DNA from: an uncultured Gemmatimonadales bacterium
GTDB taxonomy: Bacteria > Gemmatimonadota > Gemmatimonadetes > Longimicrobiales > RSA9
DNA length: 64,000 bases
Assembly (NCBI GenBank): GCA_963816355.1
Contig: CAWFKH010000004.1
Coordinates: forward strand, 32,001-96,000
Reading direction: 5' to 3'
Within the stretch, counting starts at the first letter, position 1. Each line of letters opens with the position of its first letter. This document shows positions 39,639 through 49,025 of this stretch, in pieces. The notes under the pieces are model-generated. The model did not search any database, had not been told where the DNA came from, and worked only from the letters and a program-made list of their open reading frames with translations. Position numbers and translations under genes: made by a program.

Positions 39639-39668
39639 GCGGCGGCGCACCCCCATTGCCGGTCCGCC

Positions 39669-40184
39669 CTACCCTGCCGTCCGCAGCACGACGAAGATCG
39701 CCGTCCCGCCGAACGTGTCGTTGCCCTGCAAGCGGACCGCGCCGTTCAAGCGGACGGCCTGGAACGTCAGGTCGCGGAAGAACGTGTCCGCGTCCTGCGT
39801 GAACGTCACCTCGTTCGTCGCGTCGTCGAAGTCGAACGTGCCGTCGAGACTCACGTCCAGGTCCGAGCCATCGTCGTTGCCGCCGGGGACGAAGAGCCGA
39901 CCGGTCGTCGTGCCGGCGTCGTCCAGCGTGATCGCCAGCGTCGCTCCCGCGGCGAGCAGGTCCGTCGTGACTCCGCCCGTCGTCGCCGTGAGAGACTCCG
40001 CCGTGAAAGCGTCCGTGACGTCGTCGCGCGTGATCGCGTCCGGGCCGATCATGTCCTCGCCGCCGCAGCCACCCAGCCCCACGAGCAGCGCGACGCCGGA
40101 GACGACAAGCGCCCTGTAGCGGCTTCCGGCCCTGCGGCGGCACGGGTCCCTGCGGCGGCTCCTCCTGCCGATCCCTGCCTTCAT
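39669..40184 (-). CDS. Hypothetical lipoprotein
   Basis: GGGAGG RBS, Arg-rich n-region, LGG-C lipobox, acidic beta-rich mature domain. Confidence 0.72.
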   Translation of the reverse strand: MKAGIGRRSRRRDPCRRRAGSRYRALVVSGVALLVGLGGCGGEDMIGPDAITRDDVTDAFTAESLTATTGGVTTDLLAAGATLAITLDDAGTTTGRLFVPGGNDDGSDLDVSLDGTFDFDDATNEVTFTQDADTFFRDLTFQAVRLNGAVRLQGNDTFGGTAIFVVLRTAG

Positions 40185-40345
40185 CCCCGGTCCTCCCGTC
40201 GCACGTGCGGTGTGAAGAACGCCTCGCGCGGCCGGATCGCCGGAAACGGACGGCGGACGCGAGACTCCGTCTCGTCGAATTGAACCCGGGCTCCCGCCAC
40301 GGTCAACCGCCCGCTCGCACCCGGGTCTGCAGCGTACCGAGCACC

Positions 40346-40369
40346 GAGGGGGCGCTCTCACGCCCCCTC
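40346..40369. terminator. GC-rich hairpin downstream of nrdJ (possible terminator, no U-tract)
   Basis: GAGGGGGCG-CTCTCA-CGCCCCCTC, a perfect 9-bp stem about 100 nt past the nrdJ stop. Confidence 0.3.
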
Positions 40370-40471
40370 CGGCCCGGCATCAGGCCGCCGTCCCCCCGAC
40401 CCCACCCCGGCGGTGCGGTCCGCGTTCCCGGTTGCGCGGTGCCGCCGTCCGCCGACCCCCCGCCCGCTACC

Positions 40472-43078
40472 TCATCCGCACTCGCTGTAGCCGCACGCGA
40501 GGCACTTCACGCACCCCTCGGCGAAGCGCAGCTCCGAGGAGCACTCGGGGCAGGTGCCGATGAACGTCTCGCCGGGGTCGTAGGCGTCGACGTCGAGCGA
40601 CGGCTGCGCGGGACCGGCGGAGGGCGCGTCGCGGGGAGCGTCGCCCGCCGCGGCGGCGGGGCCGCTCACGCCGCGCGCCCCCGCATCCGCCGCCCCGCCC
40701 GGAAGGGACCGCGGGCGGCCGGACGACATCGGCAGCTCCTGCTGGATGCCGGCCTTTTCCTGTTCGTGCTGGATCATCGCCTGCGCGATCGCGTCCGGAA
40801 CGGAGAGCACCTTGTTCGGGCCGAAGCCGACGGCGCGGTCGCACGAGATGCCGCGAAGCTGGCTGTAGATCTGCTGCAACGAGATGCCGCTGCGCAGGCC
40901 GAGCGAGACGAGGCGGCCGATCGCCTCGACATCCGCCATCGCGGCGCCGCCCGCCTTGCCGAGCGTGGCGAAGAGCTCGAACGGCCGCGCGCGCTCGTCC
41001 TCGTTGACCGTGACGTAGAGGTCGCCCAGCGGGCTCGGCATGCGGCGCGTCGTGCCGTGCAGCACCGAGGGACGCGGCCGCCGATGACGCTTCTGGTGGG
41101 CGACGTCGTGCTGCTCGACCTGGCGCGCCATCTCGTCGCGGTCGTGCTCGAGCTGGTGGATCCGCTCGCGCGCGTCGGCGAGCTGCGCCTCCAGGTCAGA
41201 GACCGCCGCGCGCGTCTGCTCGCGCGACGTCTTGCCGGTCGAGAGCACCTGCATCGGGCGCGACCCGTCGCGGTAGACGGTGACGCCCTTGCAGCCGAGC
41301 TCCCAGGCCTTCACGTAGATCTCGCGCACGTCCGGCTCGCTCGCCTCGCGCGGGAAGTTGCACGTCTTCGAGATCGCCGAGTCGACGTGCTCCTGGAAGG
41401 CCGCCTGCATGCGGATGTGCCACGCCGGCGTGACGTCGTGCGCGGTGACGAAGAGGCGCTGCAGCGACTCCGGCACCTCGTCGAAGTGGATGTGGCCATC
41501 CTCCGCGATGCGCGTCATCAGCTCCTCGGAATACCAGCCCTCCTCGCGCGCCATGCGGACGAAGTCCTCGTTCACGTCCGGCATCGTCGCGCCCGCTTGA
41601 TTGCGCATGAAGGCGACGGCGAAGAGCGGCTCGATCCCGCCCGAGCAGCCGGCGATGATCGAGATCGTGCCGGTCGGCGCGACGGTCGTCAGGTTGCAGT
41701 TGCGCAGGGGCCGCAGCGGCCGGATACGCTCGCCCGCCGCGTCCCGCGCGCACGTCTCGTCCGGACCCCAGATGCTGCGCTCCCACTCCGGGAACGTGCC
41801 CCGCGTCTCGGCGATCTTCTCCGACGCGCGCTTCGTCTCCTCGTCGACGAACCGCATGAGCTCGCCCGCGAACGCGACCGCCTCCTCGCTGTCGTACGGA
41901 ATGCCGACGCGCACCAGCAGGTCCGCCCACCCCATGATCCCCAGCCCGATGCGACGGATGCGGTGGGCGAGGTCGTCGATCGCCTCGAGCGGGTAGTTGT
42001 TCGCGTCGATCACGTTGTCGAGGAAGTGCGTGCTCAGGTGCACCACCTGGCGCAGCGCGTCCCAGTCCACCCGCTCCGACGGCGTCGCATCCGACGGTGC
42101 ATCCGCACGCGCGAAGGCGCCCACGTTCACCGACCCGAGATTGCACACGTCGTACGGCAGCAGCGGCTGCTCGCCGCACGGATTCGTCGCCTCGTATCCG
42201 CCCAGGTGCGGCACCGGGTTGTACGCGTTCGCGCGGTCGATGAAGAAGACGCCCGGCTCCCCCGTCGCCCACGCGCCGTGCACGATCATGTCGAAGACCT
42301 CGCGCGCGTCCTCCTCCCCCACCACCTCGCCGGTGCGCGGGCTCAGCAGGTCGTAGCGCGTCCCCGCGCGCACCGCCTCCATGAACGCGTCCGTCACCGC
42401 CACCGAGATGTTGAAGTTCGTGATCTTCGTCACGTCGCTCTTGCACGTGATGAAGTCCCGGATGTCCGGATGGTCGACGCGCAGGATCCCCATGTTCGCG
42501 CCGCGCCGCGTGCCCCCCTGCTTCACCACCTCCGTCGACTGGTCGTACAGGCTCATGAACGACACCGGCCCGCTCGCCACTCCCATCGTCGAGCGCACGA
42601 CGTCGTTCTTCGCGCGCAGCCGGCTGAAGCCGAACCCCGTCCCGCCGCCCGACTGATGCACCAGCGCCATCGAGCGCAGCGTGTCGTAGATCCCGTCCCG
42701 CCCGTTCGACAACGCATCCTCCACCGGCAGCACGAAGCACGCGGATAGCTGCCCCAGCGGTCGCCCCGCGTTCATCAGCGTCGGCGAGTTCGGCTCGAAC
42801 AGCCCCTCCGTCATCAGCCGGTAGAACTCGCGCGCCAGCGCGTCCACCGCCCCCTCGCTCGCGCCGTACTTGCGATCCTCCCCCGCGATCACACGCGCCA
42901 CCCGCCAGAACATCGACTCCGGCGTCTCCACCGGCTCCCCCGCCTCGTCCTTCTTCAGATAGCGACGCGCCAGAATGATGCGCGCGTTCGCCGTCAGGCG
43001 CGCAGCCGGAAGATCCTCGGGCACGACGTCCGCCGTATTCACTCGGCCGGACGGAACGGTGGCGGAACGGTCACTCAT
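40472..43078 (-). CDS. nrdJ: Adenosylcobalamin-dependent (class II) ribonucleotide reductase with TSCPD/Zn-ribbon C-terminus
   Basis: [49 protein letters not shown]-terminal CPEC...[10 protein letters not shown]. Confidence 0.96.
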   Translation of the reverse strand: MSDRSATVPSGRVNTADVVPEDLPAARLTANARIILARRYLKKDEAGEPVETPESMFWRVARVIAGEDRKYGASEGAVDALAREFYRLMTEGLFEPNSPTLMNAGRPLGQLSACFVLPVEDALSNGRDGIYDTLRSMALVHQSGGGTGFGFSRLRAKNDVVRSTMGVASGPVSFMSLYDQSTEVVKQGGTRRGANMGILRVDHPDIRDFITCKSDVTKITNFNISVAVTDAFMEAVRAGTRYDLLSPRTGEVVGEEDAREVFDMIVHGAWATGEPGVFFIDRANAYNPVPHLGGYEATNPCGEQPLLPYDVCNLGSVNVGAFARADAPSDATPSERVDWDALRQVVHLSTHFLDNVIDANNYPLEAIDDLAHRIRRIGLGIMGWADLLVRVGIPYDSEEAVAFAGELMRFVDEETKRASEKIAETRGTFPEWERSIWGPDETCARDAAGERIRPLRPLRNCNLTTVAPTGTISIIAGCSGGIEPLFAVAFMRNQAGATMPDVNEDFVRMAREEGWYSEELMTRIAEDGHIHFDEVPESLQRLFVTAHDVTPAWHIRMQAAFQEHVDSAISKTCNFPREASEPDVREIYVKAWELGCKGVTVYRDGSRPMQVLSTGKTSREQTRAAVSDLEAQLADARERIHQLEHDRDEMARQVEQHDVAHQKRHRRPRPSVLHGTTRRMPSPLGDLYVTVNEDERARPFELFATLGKAGGAAMADVEAIGRLVSLGLRSGISLQQIYSQLRGISCDRAVGFGPNKVLSVPDAIAQAMIQHEQEKAGIQQELPMSSGRPRSLPGGAADAGARGVSGPAAAAGDAPRDAPSAGPAQPSLDVDAYDPGETFIGTCPECSSELRFAEGCVKCLACGYSECG

Positions 43079-43287
43079 TGGCGTTTCCCTCGAACGGTGC
43101 GGGTGCGAGTTGCGAACGGCTCGTCATCTATCGACGGACACGATGGATCTCGACGGTTCTCGCATGGGGGTAGTACCCCCTCCGGCAGATTCAGGTCGTC
43201 TCGAGACGATGAGTCGAGGCGGCGTTACGTGGGCCCGAACGGCGCGGTCCGTCGCCCGGGCGGCGGCGGGAGGGTCGGGGGCCTGAC

Positions 43288-43303
43288 CCACAACATGTTG
43301 TGG
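43288..43303. promoter_or_regulatory. NrdR box (proximal)
   Basis: CCACAACATGTTGTGG, a perfect palindrome matching the NrdR consensus acaCwAtATaTwGtgt, upstream of nrdJ. Confidence 0.85.
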
Positions 43304-43310
43304 GGTGAGT

Positions 43311-43339
43311 ATCATACAAACCCCTATATGTAGGGTCAA
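43311..43339 (-). promoter_or_regulatory. Sigma-70-type promoter of nrdJ
   Basis: Minus strand TTGACC-17 nt-TATGAT. Confidence 0.8.
43321..43336. promoter_or_regulatory. NrdR box (distal, within the promoter spacer and -35)
   Basis: CCCCTATATGTAGGGT, 33 bp from the proximal box. Confidence 0.8.
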
Positions 43340-43500
43340 GAGGGTTGTGCGGTGTGGAAAAGCGAGGGCGCGCGAAGTGGGTGTCGGACGCTGAGATGCG
43401 GGGTTGTCGACGGGGAATGCACAGGGTTGTGAACGGGTATGGGCGGGCGCGAGGGTGCGGCGTGGGCGGGGCGGGGGTCGGGGCGGGGGGCTGGTGCGGT

Positions 43501-43670
43501 TGGGATCGGTCTGGGGTCTGGAATGGGGGGTCTGCGGGGGGTCTGGGGTACGGGGGTCTGGGAGGCGGCGGGGCTTCGCCCGCCGGGGTCTGGGGGGCGG
43601 CGGGGCTTCGCCCGCCGGGGTCTGGGGTCTGGGGTCGGGGGTCTGGGGGGCGGCGGGGCTTCGCCCGCGG
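43501..43670. repeat. G-rich GGGGTCTG element with three GGCGGGGCTTCGCCCGC hairpin units
   Basis: 35-nt core at 43526-43560 identical to 33350-33384; hairpins near 43563, 43596 and 43649. Confidence 0.9.
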
Positions 43671-43672
43671 GA

Positions 43673-44491
43673 TCACGGTTGCGGCGGCCAGGCTCCGCTG
43701 CGCTGGTAGGCGGTCGTCAGGGTTAGGACGAGGGTGGGTATCGCGACGTCGCCGAAGAGCATGGCGAAGCTCCAGTTTCCGGGGGCGGCGTTGGCGGCGG
43801 CGACGTGTTCGTGGAGGTGTACGGCGGCGGCGCCGTAGAGGAAGACGCTCCACGCGAGGCCGACGGCGAGCCAGAGGTGGTCGCGGATCCAGAGGCCGGC
43901 GAGGGCGGCGACGCCGAGGCCGAGCTGGGCGAAGCCGAGCTCCCACTGGAACGGGGAGGGTGCCCAGCCGATGGAGGCGGCCACCGCGCGCGACATCGGC
44001 ACATGGCCCACGAAGCTCCACACGCCGGAGACGCCGAGCCCGAGCACGATGACGTGCACGAGCAACAGCTCGAGGCCTCGCCGGGAGGAGACGGAGACAC
44101 GTTCGGCGCGGGCGCGCAGCAGGGCGATCGCGAGCACCGCGAGCCAGAAGACGACGCCGCCGACCGCCCAGCGCACCATGAACGAGACGCCGACGAGCGA
44201 GGCGAGGTAGGGGATCGCCGTGGCGACGTCGCGCGGCGGATCGCCGAGCGGATCCGGTGCCCGCATGCGGCCGCGACGCGCGTCCAGGAGCCGATCCGGA
44301 CCGTAGAACAGCGCGAGACCTGCGACGACGGCGATCGCGCCCGCGGCGCCGCGCACCCACATCGGGATCCCGGCCACGGCCGCTCCGCCGGCCGGAACGC
44401 CCAGGGCGCCCAGCGCCGCCGCGACGGGCCGCGCGCCGTGCAGCGCCGCCCCGCCCACCCCCACGAGCGCGAGGCCCGCGATCCGGCTCAC
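43673..44491 (-). CDS. DUF6790-like membrane protein
   Basis: SFVGH...AASIGWAPSPFQWELGFAQLG motif; multi-TM; GTG at 44491, start uncertain. Confidence 0.72.
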   Translation of the reverse strand: MSRIAGLALVGVGGAALHGARPVAAALGALGVPAGGAAVAGIPMWVRGAAGAIAVVAGLALFYGPDRLLDARRGRMRAPDPLGDPPRDVATAIPYLASLVGVSFMVRWAVGGVVFWLAVLAIALLRARAERVSVSSRRGLELLLVHVIVLGLGVSGVWSFVGHVPMSRAVAASIGWAPSPFQWELGFAQLGLGVAALAGLWIRDHLWLAVGLAWSVFLYGAAAVHLHEHVAAANAAPGNWSFAMLFGDVAIPTLVLTLTTAYQRSGAWPPQP

Positions 44492-44505
44492 GTGACCCGC
44501 CGCCC

Positions 44506-45078
44506 TCACGACGCGCGCTCCGACTCGCGGGCACGCCTCCCGCCCGACGGCGCGCCTCGCCCGACGCCCGGCGCCTCGCCCCGCGCGTCGGGCGCACCCG
44601 CGTCGAGCCGGCCGTCCGCGGCCGCCTCGATCAGCCGCTCGCACAACGCGACCAGCGCCGGCAGATCCGCCCCCAGCACGCGCGCCACCGCCCCGTACAC
44701 CGACCCGAGCGGCTTCCCGACGTCCTCCAGCAGCCTCGCGCCGGCCGTCGTCAACCGGTGCAGCACCACCCGCCGGTCCGCTGCGCCGCGGTCCCGCCTC
44801 ACCCACCCCGCCTCCACCAGCGGATCCACCAGCCGCGTGACGTCCGGAGCCCGCACCAGCAGCCGCGTGGCGACGTCGGCATACGAGAGCCCCGACGCCC
44901 CCGCCCCGCGCAGCATGCGCAGCACGTTGTAGCGCTGCCGCGTGAGACCCCGCTCGCTCAGCACCGCCTCCATCCGCACGCCGACGTCCGCCGCCGCGAG
45001 CGCCACCGCCAACACCGCCCGCTCGCCGCCCGGCAACGCCCGCCGCGCCCCGATCCGTTCCTCCAGGATCCCGCTCAT
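44506..45078 (-). CDS. MarR family transcriptional regulator
   Basis: LTRQRYNVLRMLRG, PDVTRLVDPLVEAGWVRR, DRRVVLHRLT; ATG at 45078 after GGGAGG. Confidence 0.9.
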   Translation of the reverse strand: MSGILEERIGARRALPGGERAVLAVALAAADVGVRMEAVLSERGLTRQRYNVLRMLRGAGASGLSYADVATRLLVRAPDVTRLVDPLVEAGWVRRDRGAADRRVVLHRLTTAGARLLEDVGKPLGSVYGAVARVLGADLPALVALCERLIEAAADGRLDAGAPDARGEAPGVGRGAPSGGRRARESERAS

Positions 45079-45137
45079 GCCGCCCCTCCCCTTCCCGCTC
45101 GATACGTGTCCGCACCGCACCGCGCCGCACCGCAAAC

Positions 45138-45154
45138 TGTCGTTGTTAACGACA
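45138..45154. promoter_or_regulatory. Putative MarR operator
   Basis: Inverted repeat TGTCGTT-GTT-AACGACA in an AT-rich patch 60 nt upstream of the MarR gene; related GTTGTGACCAC site adjacent. Confidence 0.6.
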
Positions 45155-45428
45155 TTTGTTGTGACCACCTATATCGGCCGCGCCCCCGCCGCACAAGCCG
45201 GCCGAGGACGGCCGCGCACCGCGGACGGCCCCACGCCGCGCTCGAGCCGCGGACCCGCCGCGCACCCGAGCCGCGCACCGAGCCGCGCACCGGCCCGCGC
45301 CCGGGCCGGCGTACGCAGCCGCATTGGAGAGCCTTCGACGCGCCGGCACGGATCCTGACGAGTTCCAGGGAGTGGGCGCGCGAGCGGCGCGCGAGCAGTC
45401 CCGAGATGACCCCGAGCAAGGAGCCGAC

Positions 45429-45710
45429 ATGGGCGGCAAGCGGCCCGACCAGTACCGGATCGACCGCGACGAAGCGGGCGCGACCGACCACAAGAACCTG
45501 CCTGACACGCCCGCAGAGGGCCGTCGCAAGGAAGCGCCGTACGAGGAGGGCATGAAGCGCGCAGCGCACCGCCCCGGTGGCGGAGCCGAGGGCGCACCCG
45601 GTGGCGGCGGCGAGGGCGCGCCCGGCGGCCACGGCCACGGCGGCGAGCGGAAGGAGAACCCCGATCACGAGCGCAAAGGCGGCACGCGCACCCCGCCCCG
45701 CACCCCCTGA
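45429..45710 (+). CDS. Small hydrophilic, probably disordered protein, 93 aa
   Basis: AAGGAG RBS; MGGKRPDQYRIDRDEAGATDHK...; Gly/charged composition. Confidence 0.7.
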   Translation: MGGKRPDQYRIDRDEAGATDHKNLPDTPAEGRRKEAPYEEGMKRAAHRPGGGAEGAPGGGGEGAPGGHGHGGERKENPDHERKGGTRTPPRTP

Positions 45711-45759
45711 CCCCTCCCCCCACCCGCGCGGCCTCGCCGCCCCCCGAGGCCGCGCGGCG

Positions 45760-45885
45760 CACCCCCCAGACCCCACCCCCCACCCCCCAGACCCCAGACC
45801 CGCCCCCAGACCCCAGACCCCCCCCAGACCACCGTACCCCCACACCCCCCGCAGACCCCCTCCGCAGACCCCAGACCGATCTCCA
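45760..45885. repeat. C-rich (inverted GGGGTCTG) element
   Basis: CAGACCCC units; reverse complement nearly identical to 33331-33384. Confidence 0.88.
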
Positions 45886-45944
45886 CCACCCGCCCACAGA
45901 ACCAACCGCTCCCTATCCAGCCACCCTCCCACCGGACTCGATCC

Positions 45945-48900
45945 TCAGAATCCCACCCCCGCAGCCGCGTACGCGCGGGGCCGCGCCGAGATGCCGAGCG
46001 GCACGCCGACGCCGACCCGCACGCGGAACGGCTGCTGGAAGAACGTCGCGACGTCGGCGGCGACCTCGACGCCGGCGGCGGCGAGGACGTCGCCGGGGCC
46101 GCCGGCCGGATCGGACGCGTTGCAGACGGCGGCGCGCTGCTGGTTGGCGGCGCACCACGCATCGCCGGCGTCGAGGAAGGCGGCGGCGGCGAGCGATTCG
46201 AGCAGGTAGGGGGCGAGTCCGTTGCCGCGGTCGACGAGGGTGATCGGGACGCGGTACTCGAGGCTCGCGCTCCAGCCGCGGGTACCGACGCGGACGCCGT
46301 CGGGGAAGCCGCGCAGGGAGAGGAAGTTGCCGCCGCCGACGGTGCCGAAGCCGACGTCGAGGGCGCCGCCGGGCGCGCCGCCGAGCGAGCTGAGGGGGGC
46401 GGAGTCGCCGGTGCGGAGGAGGGCGGCGGCGCGCACAGCGAGGACGTGGTGGGCGAAGCCGAAGCCGTGAAACGGCGTGAAGCCGGTGACCCGTGCCGCG
46501 ACCTCGCCGTACCGTTCGGCGAGGAGCGTGGCGGGGTGCGCGTCCCAGCGGTAGCGGCCGGAGAGGAACGCGGTGCCGCCGCGCTCGCGGCTGATCGAGA
46601 GGGCGTAGCCGCGGGCGTCGGACGCGGCGACGCGGCCGAAGACGCCCCAGCGGCGGATCGCCTGCGCCTCGGGCGTCAGCGAGACATCGGGCGCTTCGAC
46701 GACGCGGTGGCCGACGATCCCTTCCACGCCCGCGGTGAGGGCGAGGGAGGATCGGAAGGCGGGGCGCAGCAGGGTCGCGGAGAGGGCGAGGCGGTTGCTG
46801 CCCGCGAGGACGGGAACGATGCGGCCGTCGCCGATCTGGATGCGCGCGTCGACGTCCCAGTTGCGCTCGAGGGTCGCGTCGAGGAGCGGGTTGCCGAGGC
46901 CCGCGTAGCGGTAGGAGAGGGCGCCCTCGACGCGGCCGGTGGAGGGGGAGGCGGCGACGTCGAGCGCGAATTCGTGGCGGCCGACGACATCGCGGCCGCC
47001 GGTCACGAGGCCGATCGCGGTGCCGGCCGCCTCGGAGGAGACGACGTAGGGCAGCCAGAACCGCGGGCGGAGCGTCGCCAGGGGCGAGTACGGTCGACGC
47101 GGGAAGGAGTCGGCGGCGGCGGTTGGCGCGTCGCCTTCCGCGTCCGCGGCCAGCGCGCCGGCGAGCGGCGGCGGCGCGCGCAGCGCCTCGGCGGTCGGCC
47201 GGGGCTCGCCCCACGCGGCGGGGTCGAAGGGGGTGCGCGCGATGTGGTAGCCGTCGGCGTGGTAGAGCGCGAGATAGAGCCACTTCCCGTCGGGCGAGAC
47301 GTCCGGCTGGAAGACGCCGGTCAGCACGTGGGTCGCCTGCCGGAGCGGCCCGAGCTCGATGGCGCCGTCGTCGCCGTGCCGCACCGCCCTCGCGTAGATG
47401 TTCGGCACGCCGCTGCGATCGGACGACCAGAGGAGGAAGCGGCCGTCGGGCGACCAGGCGGCGTCGCGGTCGACCGCGTAATCGCGGCTGGCGCGCGCGA
47501 CCACGGCGCCGAGGGTGTCGAGGACGACGACGTCGTAGTAGCCGCCGTCGCTCCAGCGCGAGACGGCGACGAGGCGGCCGTCGGGGGACCAGCGCGGCAG
47601 GGCCCACGCCACGCCGGGGCGCGGCGGCACGAGGGTGCGCAGCTCGGCGGTGCGCAGGTCGTAGAGGACGAGCGACGTCGCCCCCTCGCCGGTTTGCACG
47701 GCGACGACGCGGCGTCCGTCCGACGCGACGTCGGGCGTGGAGAGCCGGAGTCCGCGCGTGAGGCGCTCCTCGGAGCGGTCGAGGCGGAGCGCGAACAGGT
47801 CGCTGTAGAGGCGGTACGGTCCGTCGAACTCGAGCTGCGCGGTAATCAGCCCGGTGCCGTCCGGCAGCCAGCTCGCCGGCCCCAGGTCGGTGCCGTCCTG
47901 GTCGCGGCGCGCGAGCCGGATCGGCCCGAGGGCGGCGCGGCCCGTCGCCGAGTCCGGCGCCGCGCCGGGCGGCGCGATCAGCCACGTCGCCGGGTCGTCG
48001 CGGCCGGTGGAGGCGGCGTAGGCGATCCAGCGGCCGGCCGGCGAGACGCGGGGGAAGGCGGCGTAGCGGCCGGCGCCGGTCAGCTCGGTCGGGGGTATGG
48101 CGCCGCCGGCGCGGAGGGAGTCGGCGAGGGCGGAGTAGCGGCGTCGCAGGGCGTCGTGCCAGTCGCTCCACAGGCCGGTGAAGGAGCGGCCGAGCGCGCG
48201 CTCGCCGATGCGGTCGAAGAAGAGCGGCGGCGGCAGCGCGGCGGTGGCGGTGGCGTCGACGACGCGCGCGGCGGCGGAGTCGCCGAAGCGGCGCGCGAGG
48301 TACTGCTCGAACTTGGAGCCGTAGACATAGGCGTGGTTGCCGGCGGGCCACACCGGGCCGGGGCTGCTGGCGCGGTCGATCGGGGCGAAGCGGTCCTCGA
48401 GCACGGCGGTGCGCAGGATCATCTCGTTGTAGGTGCCCTCGTTGCGGCCGGCGCCGGTGAGGCGGGATTCGAAGGCGACGGCGAGCCCCTCGGTGGACCA
48501 GCCGGGGGTCGAGACGGCGGGAAAGAACGGCCACGGCAGCGGCGGACGGCCGAAGACGTCGCGCAGGACGCGGCCCGTGCGGCTCGTGCGGTCGAGGTGG
48601 AAGACGTGGGTCAGCTCGTGGACGACGAGCAGGTCGACCCAGTCGCGGTAGTAGTCGAGGTCGGGGCTGTCGATCGGCGGTTTCGTGTAGAGGTAGATGC
48701 GGTTCGACGGCGTCGGCGTGGCGAAGCCCTGCGGGAAGTCGAAGTCGTCGCTGAGCACCATGTCCACGACGCCGCGGGGCGGGGGGCCGAGCGCCGCGGC
48801 GAGGCCGGCCCACGCCGCTTCGGCGCGCCGGGCCGCGTGCGCGGCGACGTCGTCCAGACCGGCCTCGTAGGTGACGCGGAAGTGGGGAGTGCGGAGGGTG

Positions 48901-49025
48901 GTCCAGCGGGCGTCCGGCGCGACCTGCGCGCGCAGCGGGGCGGGCGCGGCGGGCGCGGCGACGAGGAGCACGAGCCCGGCCGCGAGCCGCGCGAGGAAGG
49001 GACTTCGGCGCGACGGCACGATCAC
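45945..49025 (-). CDS. Outer-membrane protein: Zn-peptidase-like domain + TolB/PD40 beta-propeller + Omp85-like beta-barrel
   Basis: Signal peptide, LRTPHF, HELTH...EGLA, repeated WSPDG/SPDG, LRGF motif, terminal GVGF; GTG at 49025 or 49019. Confidence 0.85.
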   Translation of the reverse strand: MIVPSRRSPFLARLAAGLVLLVAAPAAPAPLRAQVAPDARWTTLRTPHFRVTYEAGLDDVAAHAARRAEAAWAGLAAALGPPPRGVVDMVLSDDFDFPQGFATPTPSNRIYLYTKPPIDSPDLDYYRDWVDLLVVHELTHVFHLDRTSRTGRVLRDVFGRPPLPWPFFPAVSTPGWSTEGLAVAFESRLTGAGRNEGTYNEMILRTAVLEDRFAPIDRASSPGPVWPAGNHAYVYGSKFEQYLARRFGDSAAARVVDATATAALPPPLFFDRIGERALGRSFTGLWSDWHDALRRRYSALADSLRAGGAIPPTELTGAGRYAAFPRVSPAGRWIAYAASTGRDDPATWLIAPPGAAPDSATGRAALGPIRLARRDQDGTDLGPASWLPDGTGLITAQLEFDGPYRLYSDLFALRLDRSEERLTRGLRLSTPDVASDGRRVVAVQTGEGATSLVLYDLRTAELRTLVPPRPGVAWALPRWSPDGRLVAVSRWSDGGYYDVVVLDTLGAVVARASRDYAVDRDAAWSPDGRFLLWSSDRSGVPNIYARAVRHGDDGAIELGPLRQATHVLTGVFQPDVSPDGKWLYLALYHADGYHIARTPFDPAAWGEPRPTAEALRAPPPLAGALAADAEGDAPTAAADSFPRRPYSPLATLRPRFWLPYVVSSEAAGTAIGLVTGGRDVVGRHEFALDVAASPSTGRVEGALSYRYAGLGNPLLDATLERNWDVDARIQIGDGRIVPVLAGSNRLALSATLLRPAFRSSLALTAGVEGIVGHRVVEAPDVSLTPEAQAIRRWGVFGRVAASDARGYALSISRERGGTAFLSGRYRWDAHPATLLAERYGEVAARVTGFTPFHGFGFAHHVLAVRAAALLRTGDSAPLSSLGGAPGGALDVGFGTVGGGNFLSLRGFPDGVRVGTRGWSASLEYRVPITLVDRGNGLAPYLLESLAAAAFLDAGDAWCAANQQRAAVCNASDPAGGPGDVLAAAGVEVAADVATFFQQPFRVRVGVGVPLGISARPRAYAAAGVGF

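Noticed and set aside
43079..43300. Cobalamin riboswitch in the nrdJ leader
   Set aside because: No recognisable B12-box or conserved core; NrdR boxes already explain regulation. An Rfam search was not possible.
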